A stretch of 63,328 nucleotides of DNA, from assembly GCA_001871015.1 (NCBI GenBank), contig MNUO01000005.1, positions 1 through 63,328 of the forward strand, in the 5' to 3' direction. The translations under genes and the position numbers were made by a program. This document shows, piece by piece, positions 10,160-19,963 of this stretch. Source of the DNA: Candidatus Desantisbacteria bacterium CG1_02_38_46. GTDB taxonomy: Bacteria; Desantisbacteria; UBA1551; UBA1559. How positions within the stretch are numbered: the first letter of the stretch is position 1; every line of letters begins with the position of its first letter. The notes under the pieces are model-generated. The model did not search any database. It worked only from the letters and a program-made list of their open reading frames with translations, and was not told the origin of the DNA.

Positions 10160-10330
10160 ATGCAAAAAAGGAATAGACCTAAATTAGATGAGGAGATATT
10201 TCAAACTTATCAACGAACCATCTGGCAGCATTTTTCCCCGGCACAGCGGTTACATCATTCATGGATCCTTAGGAAACAACTTAAAAATATAAGGAAAATT
10301 CATGATGCAAAACTTTTTCCGCACACTTGA
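10160..10330 (+). CDS. Small basic hypothetical protein (56 aa)
   Basis: ORF below the track cutoff: MQKRNRPKLDEEIFQTYQRTIWQHFSPAQRLHHSWILRKQLKNIRKIHDAKLFPHT. Overlaps the start of the next gene by 29 nt in another frame. Confidence 0.35.
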   Translation: MQKRNRPKLDEEIFQTYQRTIWQHFSPAQRLHHSWILRKQLKNIRKIHDAKLFPHT

Positions 10331-11114
10331 TTTGTTTGGTGTGCAATATATGATTATAAGTGGTCAAGCTGCAATTTTATATGGTGCTGCTACGTTTTCT
10401 GAAGATATTGATTTGTGGGTTGCACCAGAAAAAGAAAACTGGGAAAAACTAATGAAATTGCTTAGAAAATTTGCTGGCAGGGTATACAAATTAACCCCAC
10501 CTATTACACTTGAACTTATTCTGAAAGGACACGGATTTCATTTTGAATTTCCACCAACAAAAAGGGAGCAATTGTCGTGGTTTCTGGATGTATTAGGAAT
10601 TTTACCACGGCTATCAACCTTTGATATTTCATGGCAAAAAGCTATTTCTATGAAAGCCTGCTTGGGAAAAATAAAAGTAATAGGATTACGTGCTCTTGTT
10701 GAAATAAAAAAAACGAGGCGATTGGAAGATTATCCAGTAATTTCTAATCTTGTGCGTGTTGAGTACGAAAAACTAAGTACTAAAAAAATAAGTTTAAAGG
10801 ATTGGGAATGGATTTTGACTAACAGTTATAATCTGGATGATATTCTTTATTATTTTGAAAGACACAGAGCATCGCGCGAAGTTGCCAGATTTCTTCAACG
10901 TCCCTGTTTATCATATTGTTTAAAATTTATTGATAGTCAGCAAAAAAAAGAAAAATATTTTAAATTAGCTTCAAAAAAAATAGCGCTGGAAATAGAAGAA
11001 TCTCGTCATAGAGATCGGCAGTACTGGGCACCAATACTCACAGAACTTAGAGAATTGAAAGAAAATGGAAAATTGCTTCCACAGGGAAGTACTCCGCCAG
11101 ATAGAATATTATAG
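10302..11114 (+). CDS. Nucleotidyltransferase-fold hypothetical protein
   Basis: N-terminal SGQAAILYGAATFSEDIDLWV fits the minimal nucleotidyltransferase pattern G[SG]-x(n)-DxD. I do not recognise the remainder. Confidence 0.45.
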   Translation: MMQNFFRTLDLFGVQYMIISGQAAILYGAATFSEDIDLWVAPEKENWEKLMKLLRKFAGRVYKLTPPITLELILKGHGFHFEFPPTKREQLSWFLDVLGILPRLSTFDISWQKAISMKACLGKIKVIGLRALVEIKKTRRLEDYPVISNLVRVEYEKLSTKKISLKDWEWILTNSYNLDDILYYFERHRASREVARFLQRPCLSYCLKFIDSQQKKEKYFKLASKKIALEIEESRHRDRQYWAPILTELRELKENGKLLPQGSTPPDRIL

Positions 11115-11125
11115 AAAGAACTCCA

Positions 11126-11953
11126 ATGGGATATAAAATTCTAAAAAAAGAAATTTTGGCACCAGGAATAAAATCATTTGAGATTTCTGCGCCATTGGTA
11201 TCTAACAAATTTAAACCAGGGCAATTTCTTGTTCTGCGTCTCCATGAAAAGGCAGAAAGAATTCCCCTGACCATAGTTGATGCTGAACCGTCAAGCGGGA
11301 GTGTGAAGATTGTTTTTCAGGAAATAGGAAAAAGTACAATAGAGATTGCAAAGTTAAATGAAAATGACGAAATTATGGATGTTCTTGGACCACTTGGAAA
11401 AGAAAGTGAGATTGAATTATACGGGGAGGTTCTTGGCATAGCAGGAGGTGTTGGTGCTGCACCTGTATATCCAATTCTTAAGAGTCTGAAGAAAATAGGA
11501 AACAGAATCACTACAATTTTGGGTGCGAAATCCAGAGAGCTATTGATAATGGAAGAGGAGCTGAGCGGAATAAGTGATAAATTGCTAATTACCACTGACG
11601 ATGGGTCTAAAGGAGAAAAAGGTTTTGTTACCACACCTTTAAAACTGATGTTTGAACAGGGTTTTTGTCCACAAATTGTCTGGGCAATTGGACCTTTAAT
11701 TATGATGAAAAATGTGTGCGCTGTAACAAAGTCTTTTGGGATAAAAACAATTGTTAGTTTAAACCCGATTATGCTCGATGGAACAGGAATGTGTGGATGT
11801 TGTCGTGTATCCATAGGAAATAAGACTAAATTCACCTGTGTGGACGGTCCCGAATTTGACGGGCATCTTGTGGACTTTAATGAGTTGATATTGCGAAATA
11901 ACCGTTTTATTGAAGAAGAAAAAATTTCTCTGGAAAGATATAATAATGAATAA
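11126..11953 (+). CDS. nfnA: FAD/NAD-binding ferredoxin-NADP reductase-like subunit with PyrK-type 2Fe-2S (NfnA-like)
   Basis: PGQFLVLRL...RIPLTI FAD-binding pattern, GIAGGVGAAPV NAD-binding loop, C-terminal cluster GMCGCCRV...FTCVDGPEF. Overlaps the next gene. Confidence 0.7.
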   Translation: MGYKILKKEILAPGIKSFEISAPLVSNKFKPGQFLVLRLHEKAERIPLTIVDAEPSSGSVKIVFQEIGKSTIEIAKLNENDEIMDVLGPLGKESEIELYGEVLGIAGGVGAAPVYPILKSLKKIGNRITTILGAKSRELLIMEEELSGISDKLLITTDDGSKGEKGFVTTPLKLMFEQGFCPQIVWAIGPLIMMKNVCAVTKSFGIKTIVSLNPIMLDGTGMCGCCRVSIGNKTKFTCVDGPEFDGHLVDFNELILRNNRFIEEEKISLERYNNE

Positions 11954-13358
11954 AAGACAACAGATGCCCAGGCAGGATCCTGCTGAAAGGATTCACAATT
12001 TTAATGAGGTTGCGCTGGGATATACTGAAGAACAGGCAGTTCGGGAGGCAGAGAGGTGTATTCAGTGCAAGAAGGCGCCATGTAAAGCTGGTTGTCCTGT
12101 CGAGATTGATATTCCATCTTTCATTAAAGCAATCAAAGAGAAAAATTTTGCTTGTGCTATTGAGATAATCAAGGAAAAAAATAACCTTCCTGCTGTATGT
12201 GGAAGGGTGTGTCCTCAGGAAATGCAGTGTGAAAAGGTTTGTACGTTAGGGAAAAAACTTGAGCCTGTAGCAATAGGTAGATTGGAAAGGTTTGTCGCAG
12301 ACTGGCAATTAGAGAAAAAAGGGGACAGTCCCCGACCCGCCTCGGCGGGTGCCCCGACGACTTCGTCCGTAAATAGTAACAGTCCCAGGGTGGCGGTGAT
12401 AGGTTCTGGTCCAGCTGGCTTAACCTGCGCTGCTGATTTGGCAAAGATGGGCTACAAAGTAACAATTTTTGAATCTTTGCATAATACAGGTGGTGTACTT
12501 AGATATGGCATTCCTGAATTTCGTATGCCAAAACATATACTTGATGCAGAAATTAATTATATTAAGTCACTGGGTGTGGAAATAATGGTCAACACACTTG
12601 TAGGGGAAAGCATTACTTTAAAAGACATGCTGGAAAATGAATATAAGGCAATTTTTATAGGTACAGGTGCAGGACTCCCTTATTTTATGGGTATAAAAGG
12701 AGAAAATTTAAACGGTGTTTATTCTGCAAATGAATTTCTGACAAGAGTAAATTTGATGAAGGCGTATGAATTTCCTCAATATGATACACCGCTGAAAATT
12801 GGCAACAGGGTTGCGGTAATCGGTGCAGGGAATGTTAGCATGGATTCTGCTCGCGTCTCTTTGCGATTAGGTGCAAAAGAGGTCTGGATTGTGTACAGGC
12901 GTTCTGAGATAGAGATGCCGGCAAGGATTGAGGAAATTGAGAATGCGAGGGAAGAAGGGGTCAGATTTAATCTGCTAACGTTGCCAGTAGAAATTGTTGA
13001 CGACGAAAGAAACTGGGTGAAAGCAATGAAATGTATAAAAATGAAATTAGGTGAACCCGACCAAAGTGGAAGGAGAAGACCTATTCCAATTGAGGGGTCA
13101 GAGTTTACTATGGAAATTGATACTGTAATAGTAGCAATAGGGCAGGGACCAAATCCGCTCTTACCAATGAAAACGCAGGGTTTAAAAATTGGTAAACATG
13201 GAAACATAATTGCAAAGTCTCTTACAGGTGAGACTTCTATAAAAGGAGTTTTTGCTGGGGGTGACATTGTTTCCGGAGCTGCAACTGTGATTGAGGCAAT
13301 GGGTGCTGGAAAAAGGGCAGCCAGAGCAATTGACGAGTATCTTAAAAAAGAGAAATAA
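11946..13358 (+). CDS. nfnB: GltD/NfnB-like NADPH-dependent oxidoreductase (two 4Fe-4S sites plus FAD/NAD domains)
   Basis: CIQCKKAPCKAGCP and CGRVCPQEMQCEKVC cluster motifs. VAVIGSGPAGL and VAVIGAGNVSMD dinucleotide folds. ATG 11946 chosen (the ORF opens at 11910). Confidence 0.75.
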   Translation: MNKRQQMPRQDPAERIHNFNEVALGYTEEQAVREAERCIQCKKAPCKAGCPVEIDIPSFIKAIKEKNFACAIEIIKEKNNLPAVCGRVCPQEMQCEKVCTLGKKLEPVAIGRLERFVADWQLEKKGDSPRPASAGAPTTSSVNSNSPRVAVIGSGPAGLTCAADLAKMGYKVTIFESLHNTGGVLRYGIPEFRMPKHILDAEINYIKSLGVEIMVNTLVGESITLKDMLENEYKAIFIGTGAGLPYFMGIKGENLNGVYSANEFLTRVNLMKAYEFPQYDTPLKIGNRVAVIGAGNVSMDSARVSLRLGAKEVWIVYRRSEIEMPARIEEIENAREEGVRFNLLTLPVEIVDDERNWVKAMKCIKMKLGEPDQSGRRRPIPIEGSEFTMEIDTVIVAIGQGPNPLLPMKTQGLKIGKHGNIIAKSLTGETSIKGVFAGGDIVSGAATVIEAMGAGKRAARAIDEYLKKEK

Positions 13359-13359
13359 A

Positions 13360-14838
13360 ATGGAAAAAATGAAGTGCAACACAATTTATAATATGGATTG
13401 CATAGAAGGGATGAAATTGATTCCAGACAATACAATTAACCTTGTTATAACTGATCCTCCATTTGCAATAGATTTTAAGGCGAAGAGAAGTAATTATAAT
13501 AGAACAGCATCGAGAGTTTTAGAGGGTTATAAAGAAATTCCTAAGGAAGAATATTATTCTTTTGCTTTAAATTGGATAAAAGAGGTCTATAGGGTATCAA
13601 AAGAATCAGGCAGTATGTATGTTTTCTCCGGATGGAATAATCTAAAAGATATTTTAATGGCTCTTGATGAAGTAGGATTTATTACCGTTAACCATATAGT
13701 TTGGAAATATCAATTTGGCGTAGTAACAAAAAGAAAATTTGTTTCATCTCATTACCACTGTCTTTATGTATGCAAGAACGATGAAAAAAGGAAATTTTTT
13801 CCTTACTCGCGATATAACAAAGAGGAAAGAGGTGAAAATAATGGTAGTTTACATTATAGGGATAAAGAAGATGTTTGGGTGATTAATAGAGAGTATTGGA
13901 ATGGAGATGTAAAGACTCCCACTAAACTTCCTGCTGAGTTGATAAAGAAAATATTAGAATATTCTAGCGAAGAGGGTGATGTTGTTATGGATCCTTTTCT
14001 TGGTTCAGGGCAAGTGGCGGTAGTGAGCAAAATGCTTAATAGACAATATATTGGATTCGAAATTGTAAAAGAATATTATGATTTTGCTCGCGAAAGATTA
14101 CAAAAGAACCTGTATAGAATTAAGGAAGAAGAAAAAATTAGTCAAATGTCTTTATTTGATTTTAATTCAGGTAGGGGGTGGAATAAAATGAGTTTTCTGG
14201 ATAATGCTAAAAGAATCGCAAAAGAGTTGAAACATATTCCCAAATTGTGGAATGGTAAAAAGGCTATTTTGGAAATGAAAAAGGATGACTACAATCAATG
14301 GCAGCAAATGGAATGGATGGGTTTTTATTTTCAGTTTTTATGTGAGAAATATTTAAAAAGTATTATGGAGATTCCCGGCCCTAAATACGGAAATGTTAAA
14401 TTTGATAGTTTTAAAAATATTCCTTGGGATTTTAAGGCGCATGCTATGAATACAAGTAGTCATCAAATCATTGTAAATGACAGTAAAGCAACCGCAGGGG
14501 GAATTAAGGATTATAGAGAGGTTGGCCTTATCCTTGCTATTGGAGAAGTGTTATATAATGATGAAAATAGAACTTTTCAAAAATGGCATGAATCCTTAAA
14601 GGGTGGGAAATCTCAATATGAAATTGAAAGAATAAAAAGGGGTGCATGGTCAAGATTGAGAAAAGTTTCGTTTGTTTTAAAGCAAATTTCCTTCATAAAA
14701 ATTACAGATAAGACTCTTGTTAAATGTGGTTCATTTCAAAGTGATTTTAGAAATTCAAATGGCAGACCGAGAAGAGCAAAAGTATTAATAGATTTAGAAA
14801 AAATAAACGAAGAGTTAATTTATTTTGTTGAATTTTGA
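13360..14838 (+). CDS. Beta-class N6/N4 DNA methyltransferase fused to a C-terminal PD-(D/E)XK-like domain (putative single-chain R-M)
   Basis: Motif IV LVITDPPF near the N-terminus and motif I VVMDPFLGSGQ about 200 aa later (beta order). C-terminal 216 aa carry E...FD-x9-DFK. ATG 13360 lies 1 nt after the nfnB stop (the ORF opens at 13291). Confidence 0.7.
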   Translation: MEKMKCNTIYNMDCIEGMKLIPDNTINLVITDPPFAIDFKAKRSNYNRTASRVLEGYKEIPKEEYYSFALNWIKEVYRVSKESGSMYVFSGWNNLKDILMALDEVGFITVNHIVWKYQFGVVTKRKFVSSHYHCLYVCKNDEKRKFFPYSRYNKEERGENNGSLHYRDKEDVWVINREYWNGDVKTPTKLPAELIKKILEYSSEEGDVVMDPFLGSGQVAVVSKMLNRQYIGFEIVKEYYDFARERLQKNLYRIKEEEKISQMSLFDFNSGRGWNKMSFLDNAKRIAKELKHIPKLWNGKKAILEMKKDDYNQWQQMEWMGFYFQFLCEKYLKSIMEIPGPKYGNVKFDSFKNIPWDFKAHAMNTSSHQIIVNDSKATAGGIKDYREVGLILAIGEVLYNDENRTFQKWHESLKGGKSQYEIERIKRGAWSRLRKVSFVLKQISFIKITDKTLVKCGSFQSDFRNSNGRPRRAKVLIDLEKINEELIYFVEF

Positions 14839-14849
14839 AAGGGGGTTTA

Positions 14850-16124
14850 ATGGAAGTTAAGGCGCGCGTGATAAAAATGGCACGGGATGCAAAAGATGCA
14901 TCTAAAATTTTGGCAGGATTATCAGCCAGATTAAAAGACGAAGCTCTAAGACATATGGCTGACTCTATAGAAAAAAGAACTGAGGAAATTTTAAAAGAAA
15001 ATAAAAAAGACCTGATGGTTGCAGAGGAGAAGAATTTAAGCAGGCCAATGCTTGAGAGGTTAACTCTGAATATCGACAAGGTTAAAGAAATGGCGCAGGG
15101 GTTAAGAAAAGTGGCAAGCATTGATGATCCAGTTGGGGAAATCGTGGCTGGATGGAAAAGACCAAATGGTCTGCAGATTTTGAAGATCAGAATTCCGCTT
15201 GGACTGGTTGGCATTATTTATGAATCCCGTCCTGATGTTACTGCTGATTCAATAGGCCTATGTGTGAAGTCAGGCAATAGTGTTTTACTTAGAGGGGGGA
15301 GTGAATCGCTCAATTCAAATATCATAATTGCACACACCCTTGCCAGGGCGAGTGAGGAAAAAGGCATTCCAAAAAACTGTATCCAGATAGTTGAGACTTC
15401 GGATCGCGAAGGTGTAGAGATAATGTTTAAATTAAATGAATATATTGATGTTTTAATTCCTCGAGGCGGTGCCGAATTAATAAATCTGGTCAAAAGCGAG
15501 TCAGAAGTCCCGGTTATTGAAACAGGGATAGGAAATTGCCATCTCTATGTGGATAAGGATGCAGATTTAAAAATGGCAATTGAAATTTGTTTGAATGCCA
15601 AGGTGCAACGTCCAGGTGTGTGCAATGCCATAGAGACGCTTCTTGTGCACAAGGACATTGCGAATAAATATCTTCCTCAGGTTTATGAAAAACTCAGGGG
15701 TTATGGAGTAGAAATAAGAGGATGTATTGATACTCGCAGGATTCTAAAAGGATCTGCGAGAAAACGCATAATTAAAAAGGCGACCGAAGAAGATTGGTAT
15801 AATGAATTTCTTGATTTAATACTTGCAGTAAAGGTAGTAGATACACTTCAAGAGGCAATTGAGCATATCAGCCGGTACGGCTCAAAACATTCTGAGGCTA
15901 TTATTACCAATAATTATCTAACTGCACAGGAATTTTTACGTCAGGTGGACGCTGCAGTAGTATATGTAAATGCTTCAACCCGATTTACAGATGGCGGCGA
16001 GTTTGGTATGGGTTCTGAAATCGGTATTTCCACACAGAAATTACATGCACGTGGTCCAATGGGACTAAGGGAACTTACTACAACAAAATACATTATATTC
16101 GGGAATGGACAGGTAAGACAATGA
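14850..16124 (+). CDS. proA: Gamma-glutamyl phosphate reductase
   Basis: Aldehyde dehydrogenase fold with GIIYESRPDVT, NAKVQRPGVCNAIETLLVH and STRFTDGGEFG. ATG sits behind GGGGG. The ORF opens at 14835. Confidence 0.92.
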   Translation: MEVKARVIKMARDAKDASKILAGLSARLKDEALRHMADSIEKRTEEILKENKKDLMVAEEKNLSRPMLERLTLNIDKVKEMAQGLRKVASIDDPVGEIVAGWKRPNGLQILKIRIPLGLVGIIYESRPDVTADSIGLCVKSGNSVLLRGGSESLNSNIIIAHTLARASEEKGIPKNCIQIVETSDREGVEIMFKLNEYIDVLIPRGGAELINLVKSESEVPVIETGIGNCHLYVDKDADLKMAIEICLNAKVQRPGVCNAIETLLVHKDIANKYLPQVYEKLRGYGVEIRGCIDTRRILKGSARKRIIKKATEEDWYNEFLDLILAVKVVDTLQEAIEHISRYGSKHSEAIITNNYLTAQEFLRQVDAAVVYVNASTRFTDGGEFGMGSEIGISTQKLHARGPMGLRELTTTKYIIFGNGQVRQ

Positions 16125-16699
16125 ATAAAATTGGGTTGCTGGGCGGAACATTTAACCCAATTCACCGCGGGCATTTAAGGATTGCCGAAAGGGTGGCGAA
16201 TGTTCTTGGCCTGAAAAAGGTAATTTTTATTCCATCTGCGCATCCACCACATAAAAAGGAGAGCAATCTACCTTCTCCACAGGATAGATTTGAAATGGTG
16301 AATCTTGCTATAAAAAATAACCCTTGCTTTTCCATTTCTGACATAGAATTAAAACGAAAAGGAAAATCCTGGACAATTGATACAGTGCGTATTATTAAAA
16401 AACTTTATCCTGAATCTCAAATCTATTTCATTATCGGGGCAGATACTGTACCCGAAATTCCCACATGGAAAAATTATAAGAAATTGCTAAAGAGCTGCAG
16501 GTTTGTTGTGGTCAATCGTCCGGGATACACAGATGCAGAATATCCCGACTATACTAAAAATTTTATTAAAGTTAAGATGCGTGGGGTAGATATAGCTTCA
16601 ACTGAAATTAGAGAGAGGATTAAAAATGGGAAAACAATTAAGGCTCTTGTTCCAGTAAAAGTAGAAAAATATATCAAAGAGAAAGGAATCTATAAATGA
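16121..16699 (+). CDS. nadD: Nicotinate-nucleotide adenylyltransferase
   Basis: [15 protein letters not shown] (HxGH) and IGADT...ISSTEIR-like ASTEIRERI motifs. ATGA overlaps on both sides. Confidence 0.92.
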   Translation: MNKIGLLGGTFNPIHRGHLRIAERVANVLGLKKVIFIPSAHPPHKKESNLPSPQDRFEMVNLAIKNNPCFSISDIELKRKGKSWTIDTVRIIKKLYPESQIYFIIGADTVPEIPTWKNYKKLLKSCRFVVVNRPGYTDAEYPDYTKNFIKVKMRGVDIASTEIRERIKNGKTIKALVPVKVEKYIKEKGIYK

Positions 16700-18411
16700 A
16701 AGAGGGCAGGATTATCAAAGTTTCAGGACCTTTAGTGGTTGCAGATAAAATGGAAGGGGCAAAGATGTATGATGTGGTCAGGGTTGGCATTCCCCGATTG
16801 ATTGGTGAAATTATTGAGTTAAGAGCTGACCATGCTTCAATTCAGGTTTACGAGGAGACAACCGGGATTGGTCCTGGTGAGCCGGTATTTTTAACTGATG
16901 AACCACTTTGCGTGGAATTAGGTCCGGGGTTGATTGGTTCTATTTATGATGGAATTCAGCGTCCGTTAGATATTCTCAGAGAGAAAACAGGCGATTACAT
17001 TGTTCGTGGCGTGGAGGCAGATGCATTAAACCGCAAGAAAAAGTGGGAATTTAAAAGTAAAGCAAAGAAGAATGAAAAAATCGGACAGGGAGATATATTG
17101 GGTGAAGTTCAGGAAACATCAGTGGTTACCCATCGAGTTTTACTCCCACCTGGCATTGAAGGAGTGGTGGAGGAAATAAGTGATGGGAAATTTTCAGTTG
17201 ATGATGTTATTGCAAAAGTCAGGTTGAAAAATGGAGGCAGGGAGAATATTACAATGGTGCAGAGGTGGCCTGTGAGAAAGGACAGGCCATGTAAAGAAAA
17301 AATATCACCTGTTGTTCCCCTTGTGACCGGTCAGCGGGTAATAGATACTTTCTTTCCAGTGACAAAGGGTGGAGTGGCTTGTATTCCTGGACCATTTGGG
17401 TCTGGAAAAACTGTGGTGCTCCACGAGATTGCCAAGTGGGCTGATGCAGATATCATTGTTTATGTTGGATGCGGGGAACGTGGAAACGAGATGACTGATG
17501 TTTTAATTGAATTTCCTAAACTTTGCGACCCACGGACAGGCAAATCTTTAATGGAAAGAAGTATACTTATAGCCAATACCTCTAATATGCCTGTTGCCGC
17601 TAGAGAAGCCTCAGTATATACAGGAATTACCCTGGCAGAATATTATAGAGATATGGGTTACGATGTTGCTTTAATGGCTGATTCCACATCAAGGTGGGCT
17701 GAGGCATTAAGAGAAATTTCAGGAAGGCTTGAAGAGATGCCTGGCGAAGAGGGTTATCCTGCATATTTAGGGATGCGCGTTGCTCAATTTTATGAGCGGG
17801 CAGGAAGAGTGGTAACACTGGGAAAGTTGCAAAATCCTTCTAATGATGGAAAGACAGGTTCTTTATCTGTGGTTGGAGCGGTTTCCCCACCAGGTGGCGA
17901 TCTATCTGATGCTGTTGTTCAGGCAACACTTCGGGTAGTCAAGGTTTTCTGGAGTTTAGAGGATAAATTGGCATATAAAAGACATTTCCCAGCCATTAAC
18001 TGGCTTTCAAGTTATTCTCTTTATTTAGATAACATAAAGGATTTTCTAAAAACTGAAATTGGTGAGGATTTTCTTGAACTGCGCAACATGGCGATGAAAA
18101 TTTTACAGGAGGAAGACAAATTATTAGAGATAGCAAGATTGGTAGGCATTGAGTCTCTCTCTATTGAAAACAGGCTAACTCTTGAGATTGCCAGGTCTTT
18201 ACGGGAGGATTTTCTACATCAGAATGCCTTTGACCCAATAGATGTCCATTCTTCTTTATTAAAACAATACAAAATGCTTAAATTAATTATTAATTTTTAT
18301 CACGATTCGTTAGAAAAATTGAAAGCGGGAGGAGCACTGGATGAAATTCTAACATCTCCCATTCGGGATAAGCTCAGAAAATCTAAATTTCTTTCTGAAA
18401 ATGAAATTTAA
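16696..18411 (+). CDS. atpA: V-type ATP synthase subunit A
   Basis: [13 protein letters not shown] start, Walker [43 protein letters not shown]. Confidence 0.95.
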   Translation: MKEGRIIKVSGPLVVADKMEGAKMYDVVRVGIPRLIGEIIELRADHASIQVYEETTGIGPGEPVFLTDEPLCVELGPGLIGSIYDGIQRPLDILREKTGDYIVRGVEADALNRKKKWEFKSKAKKNEKIGQGDILGEVQETSVVTHRVLLPPGIEGVVEEISDGKFSVDDVIAKVRLKNGGRENITMVQRWPVRKDRPCKEKISPVVPLVTGQRVIDTFFPVTKGGVACIPGPFGSGKTVVLHEIAKWADADIIVYVGCGERGNEMTDVLIEFPKLCDPRTGKSLMERSILIANTSNMPVAAREASVYTGITLAEYYRDMGYDVALMADSTSRWAEALREISGRLEEMPGEEGYPAYLGMRVAQFYERAGRVVTLGKLQNPSNDGKTGSLSVVGAVSPPGGDLSDAVVQATLRVVKVFWSLEDKLAYKRHFPAINWLSSYSLYLDNIKDFLKTEIGEDFLELRNMAMKILQEEDKLLEIARLVGIESLSIENRLTLEIARSLREDFLHQNAFDPIDVHSSLLKQYKMLKLIINFYHDSLEKLKAGGALDEILTSPIRDKLRKSKFLSENEI

Positions 18412-18441
18412 GTGGGTGATAAAAGAATTTCCAATTGAAAA

Positions 18442-19833
18442 ATGGAAACAAGTAGACATTTAAAAGAATTTATTAACCAGGATGAATCTGAAGCTTTAGA
18501 ATTTAAAGAATCTTTACAATTAAAAGATGAAATTGGGAAGACGATATCTGCTTTCTCAAATTCTAAAGGAGGAAATATCCTTGTTGGAATTTCTGATAAA
18601 AGAAAAATTAAAGGAGTTCAAGTTGGCAAAAGGACAATTATGGAATTGGCAGAATATATAAAGAGAAATACTGATCCACAAATTTTTCCTGAGATAAAAA
18701 TTCACAAACTTGATGAAAAAGAAATAATTTTTATAATTACTAAAGAGTCTCGAGAAAAACCTGTATTTTTCAAAAATTATGTTTATAAAAGAGTTGGGAA
18801 TACAAATCAAAGAATATCTTCTTCAGAAATAAGGAAATTAGCGAAAGAGATTAAGGAGAAGGTTTACTGGGATGAGCAAATCTGTGAAGAAGCGGATTTA
18901 GATGATATTGAGTGGAACTTTGTAAAAGAAGTTTTTATTCCACTTTATGAAAAAGTTTCTGAAAAAAGAATTGTTGGTAAACCCATAGATTTATTAAAGT
19001 CTTTGAATTGTATAATCGATGATAAGCCAACTAACGCGGGGATACTACTTTTTGGTGAAGAACCACAAAAATTCTTCAGGAGTGCATATGTTGCATTAGC
19101 AAGATATAAAGGTAAAGACGTTGATATTGAAAGATTAGATTACAAGGAGTTTACTGGTAATTTATTCAGACAGATTGACCAATGCAATGCCTATATAATT
19201 GAGCACATTGCTGTAATGTCAAAACTCCAGCCAGGTGAAATCAGGCGCGAAGACATACCAGAGTATGGGAAATTTTCTATCAGAGAATTGATTACTAATG
19301 CTGTGTGCCATAGAAACTACGAGGATTGGGGAAGCAAGGTGATAATAAAAATGTTTACTGATAGAATAGAATTTTACAATCGAGGTGGCTTACCAGAAGG
19401 AATAACTCCTAGAAATATTGTTACAGAACAATATTCAAGGAATCCTACCATTGCAAGAATTTTGGCAAAAGTTGAATACATTGAAGAACTTGGGGAAGGA
19501 TGGGATAAAATAATAAAAGAGCATAAGATGCACTCCTTAAAACCAAAACCGCCACTGATAAAAGCAAATAAATTCAGTGTGCTTGTTACTATCTTTTCAA
19601 CAAAAGATAAATTTGAAGAAAAAATATTTATTAAACTCAATGAACGCCAAAGAAAAGCTCTTGAATATGTAAAAAAGGAAGGGCACATTACCAATACTGA
19701 CTACAGGAAAATATTCCCTGGAATTACAGATAGAACAGTTCTCAACGATTTAAAGGATCTGGTAACTAAGGGTGTATTGAAAAGAATTGGGAAGACTAAG
19801 GGTGCATATTATATGTTGAGAATTCCGAAATAA
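18442..19833 (+). CDS. AlbA_2 (Schlafen-like) / HATPase_c_4 / winged-helix protein (RecG-like putative DNA-binding regulator)
   Basis: ESEALEFKESL ... SAFSNSKGGNILVGI (AlbA_2). RELITNAVCHRNYE ... SRNPTIARIL ... ELGEGWDKI. C-terminal wHTH (RQRKALEYVKKEGHITNTDY). Confidence 0.75.
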   Translation: METSRHLKEFINQDESEALEFKESLQLKDEIGKTISAFSNSKGGNILVGISDKRKIKGVQVGKRTIMELAEYIKRNTDPQIFPEIKIHKLDEKEIIFIITKESREKPVFFKNYVYKRVGNTNQRISSSEIRKLAKEIKEKVYWDEQICEEADLDDIEWNFVKEVFIPLYEKVSEKRIVGKPIDLLKSLNCIIDDKPTNAGILLFGEEPQKFFRSAYVALARYKGKDVDIERLDYKEFTGNLFRQIDQCNAYIIEHIAVMSKLQPGEIRREDIPEYGKFSIRELITNAVCHRNYEDWGSKVIIKMFTDRIEFYNRGGLPEGITPRNIVTEQYSRNPTIARILAKVEYIEELGEGWDKIIKEHKMHSLKPKPPLIKANKFSVLVTIFSTKDKFEEKIFIKLNERQRKALEYVKKEGHITNTDYRKIFPGITDRTVLNDLKDLVTKGVLKRIGKTKGAYYMLRIPK

Positions 19834-19853
19834 TTCCGAAATAATTCCGAAAT
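19821..19853. repeat. Tandem 11-mer AATTCCGAAAT x3
   Basis: Three exact direct copies. The stop codon of the preceding gene (19831-19833) lies inside them. Confidence 0.9.
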
Positions 19854-19963
19854 AATAATTATAGAGTATATAAAGTGATTTAAAAACTCGGCACACCGAC
19901 TTGGCATGATGTTTCTAATATTTGTGGCGTTAGGAATTTTCTAAAACATACAGGGAGGGAAAG

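Noticed and set aside
12776-13435. Long minus-strand ORFs (219 aa here; also 11317-11835, 14747-15214, 39627-40097, 44582-45061, 59377-59973)
   Set aside because: All lie antisense to well-supported + strand genes, have low-complexity Ser/Ile/Phe-rich composition, and show no recognisable motifs. They are typical shadow ORFs of an AT-rich genome.
16696-19833. Intein or homing-endonuclease insertion in V-ATPase subunit A, as known for VMA1-type inteins
   Set aside because: Subunit A is uninterrupted and of normal length (571 aa). The extra gene is a separate ORF after the atpA stop codon, with its own start.
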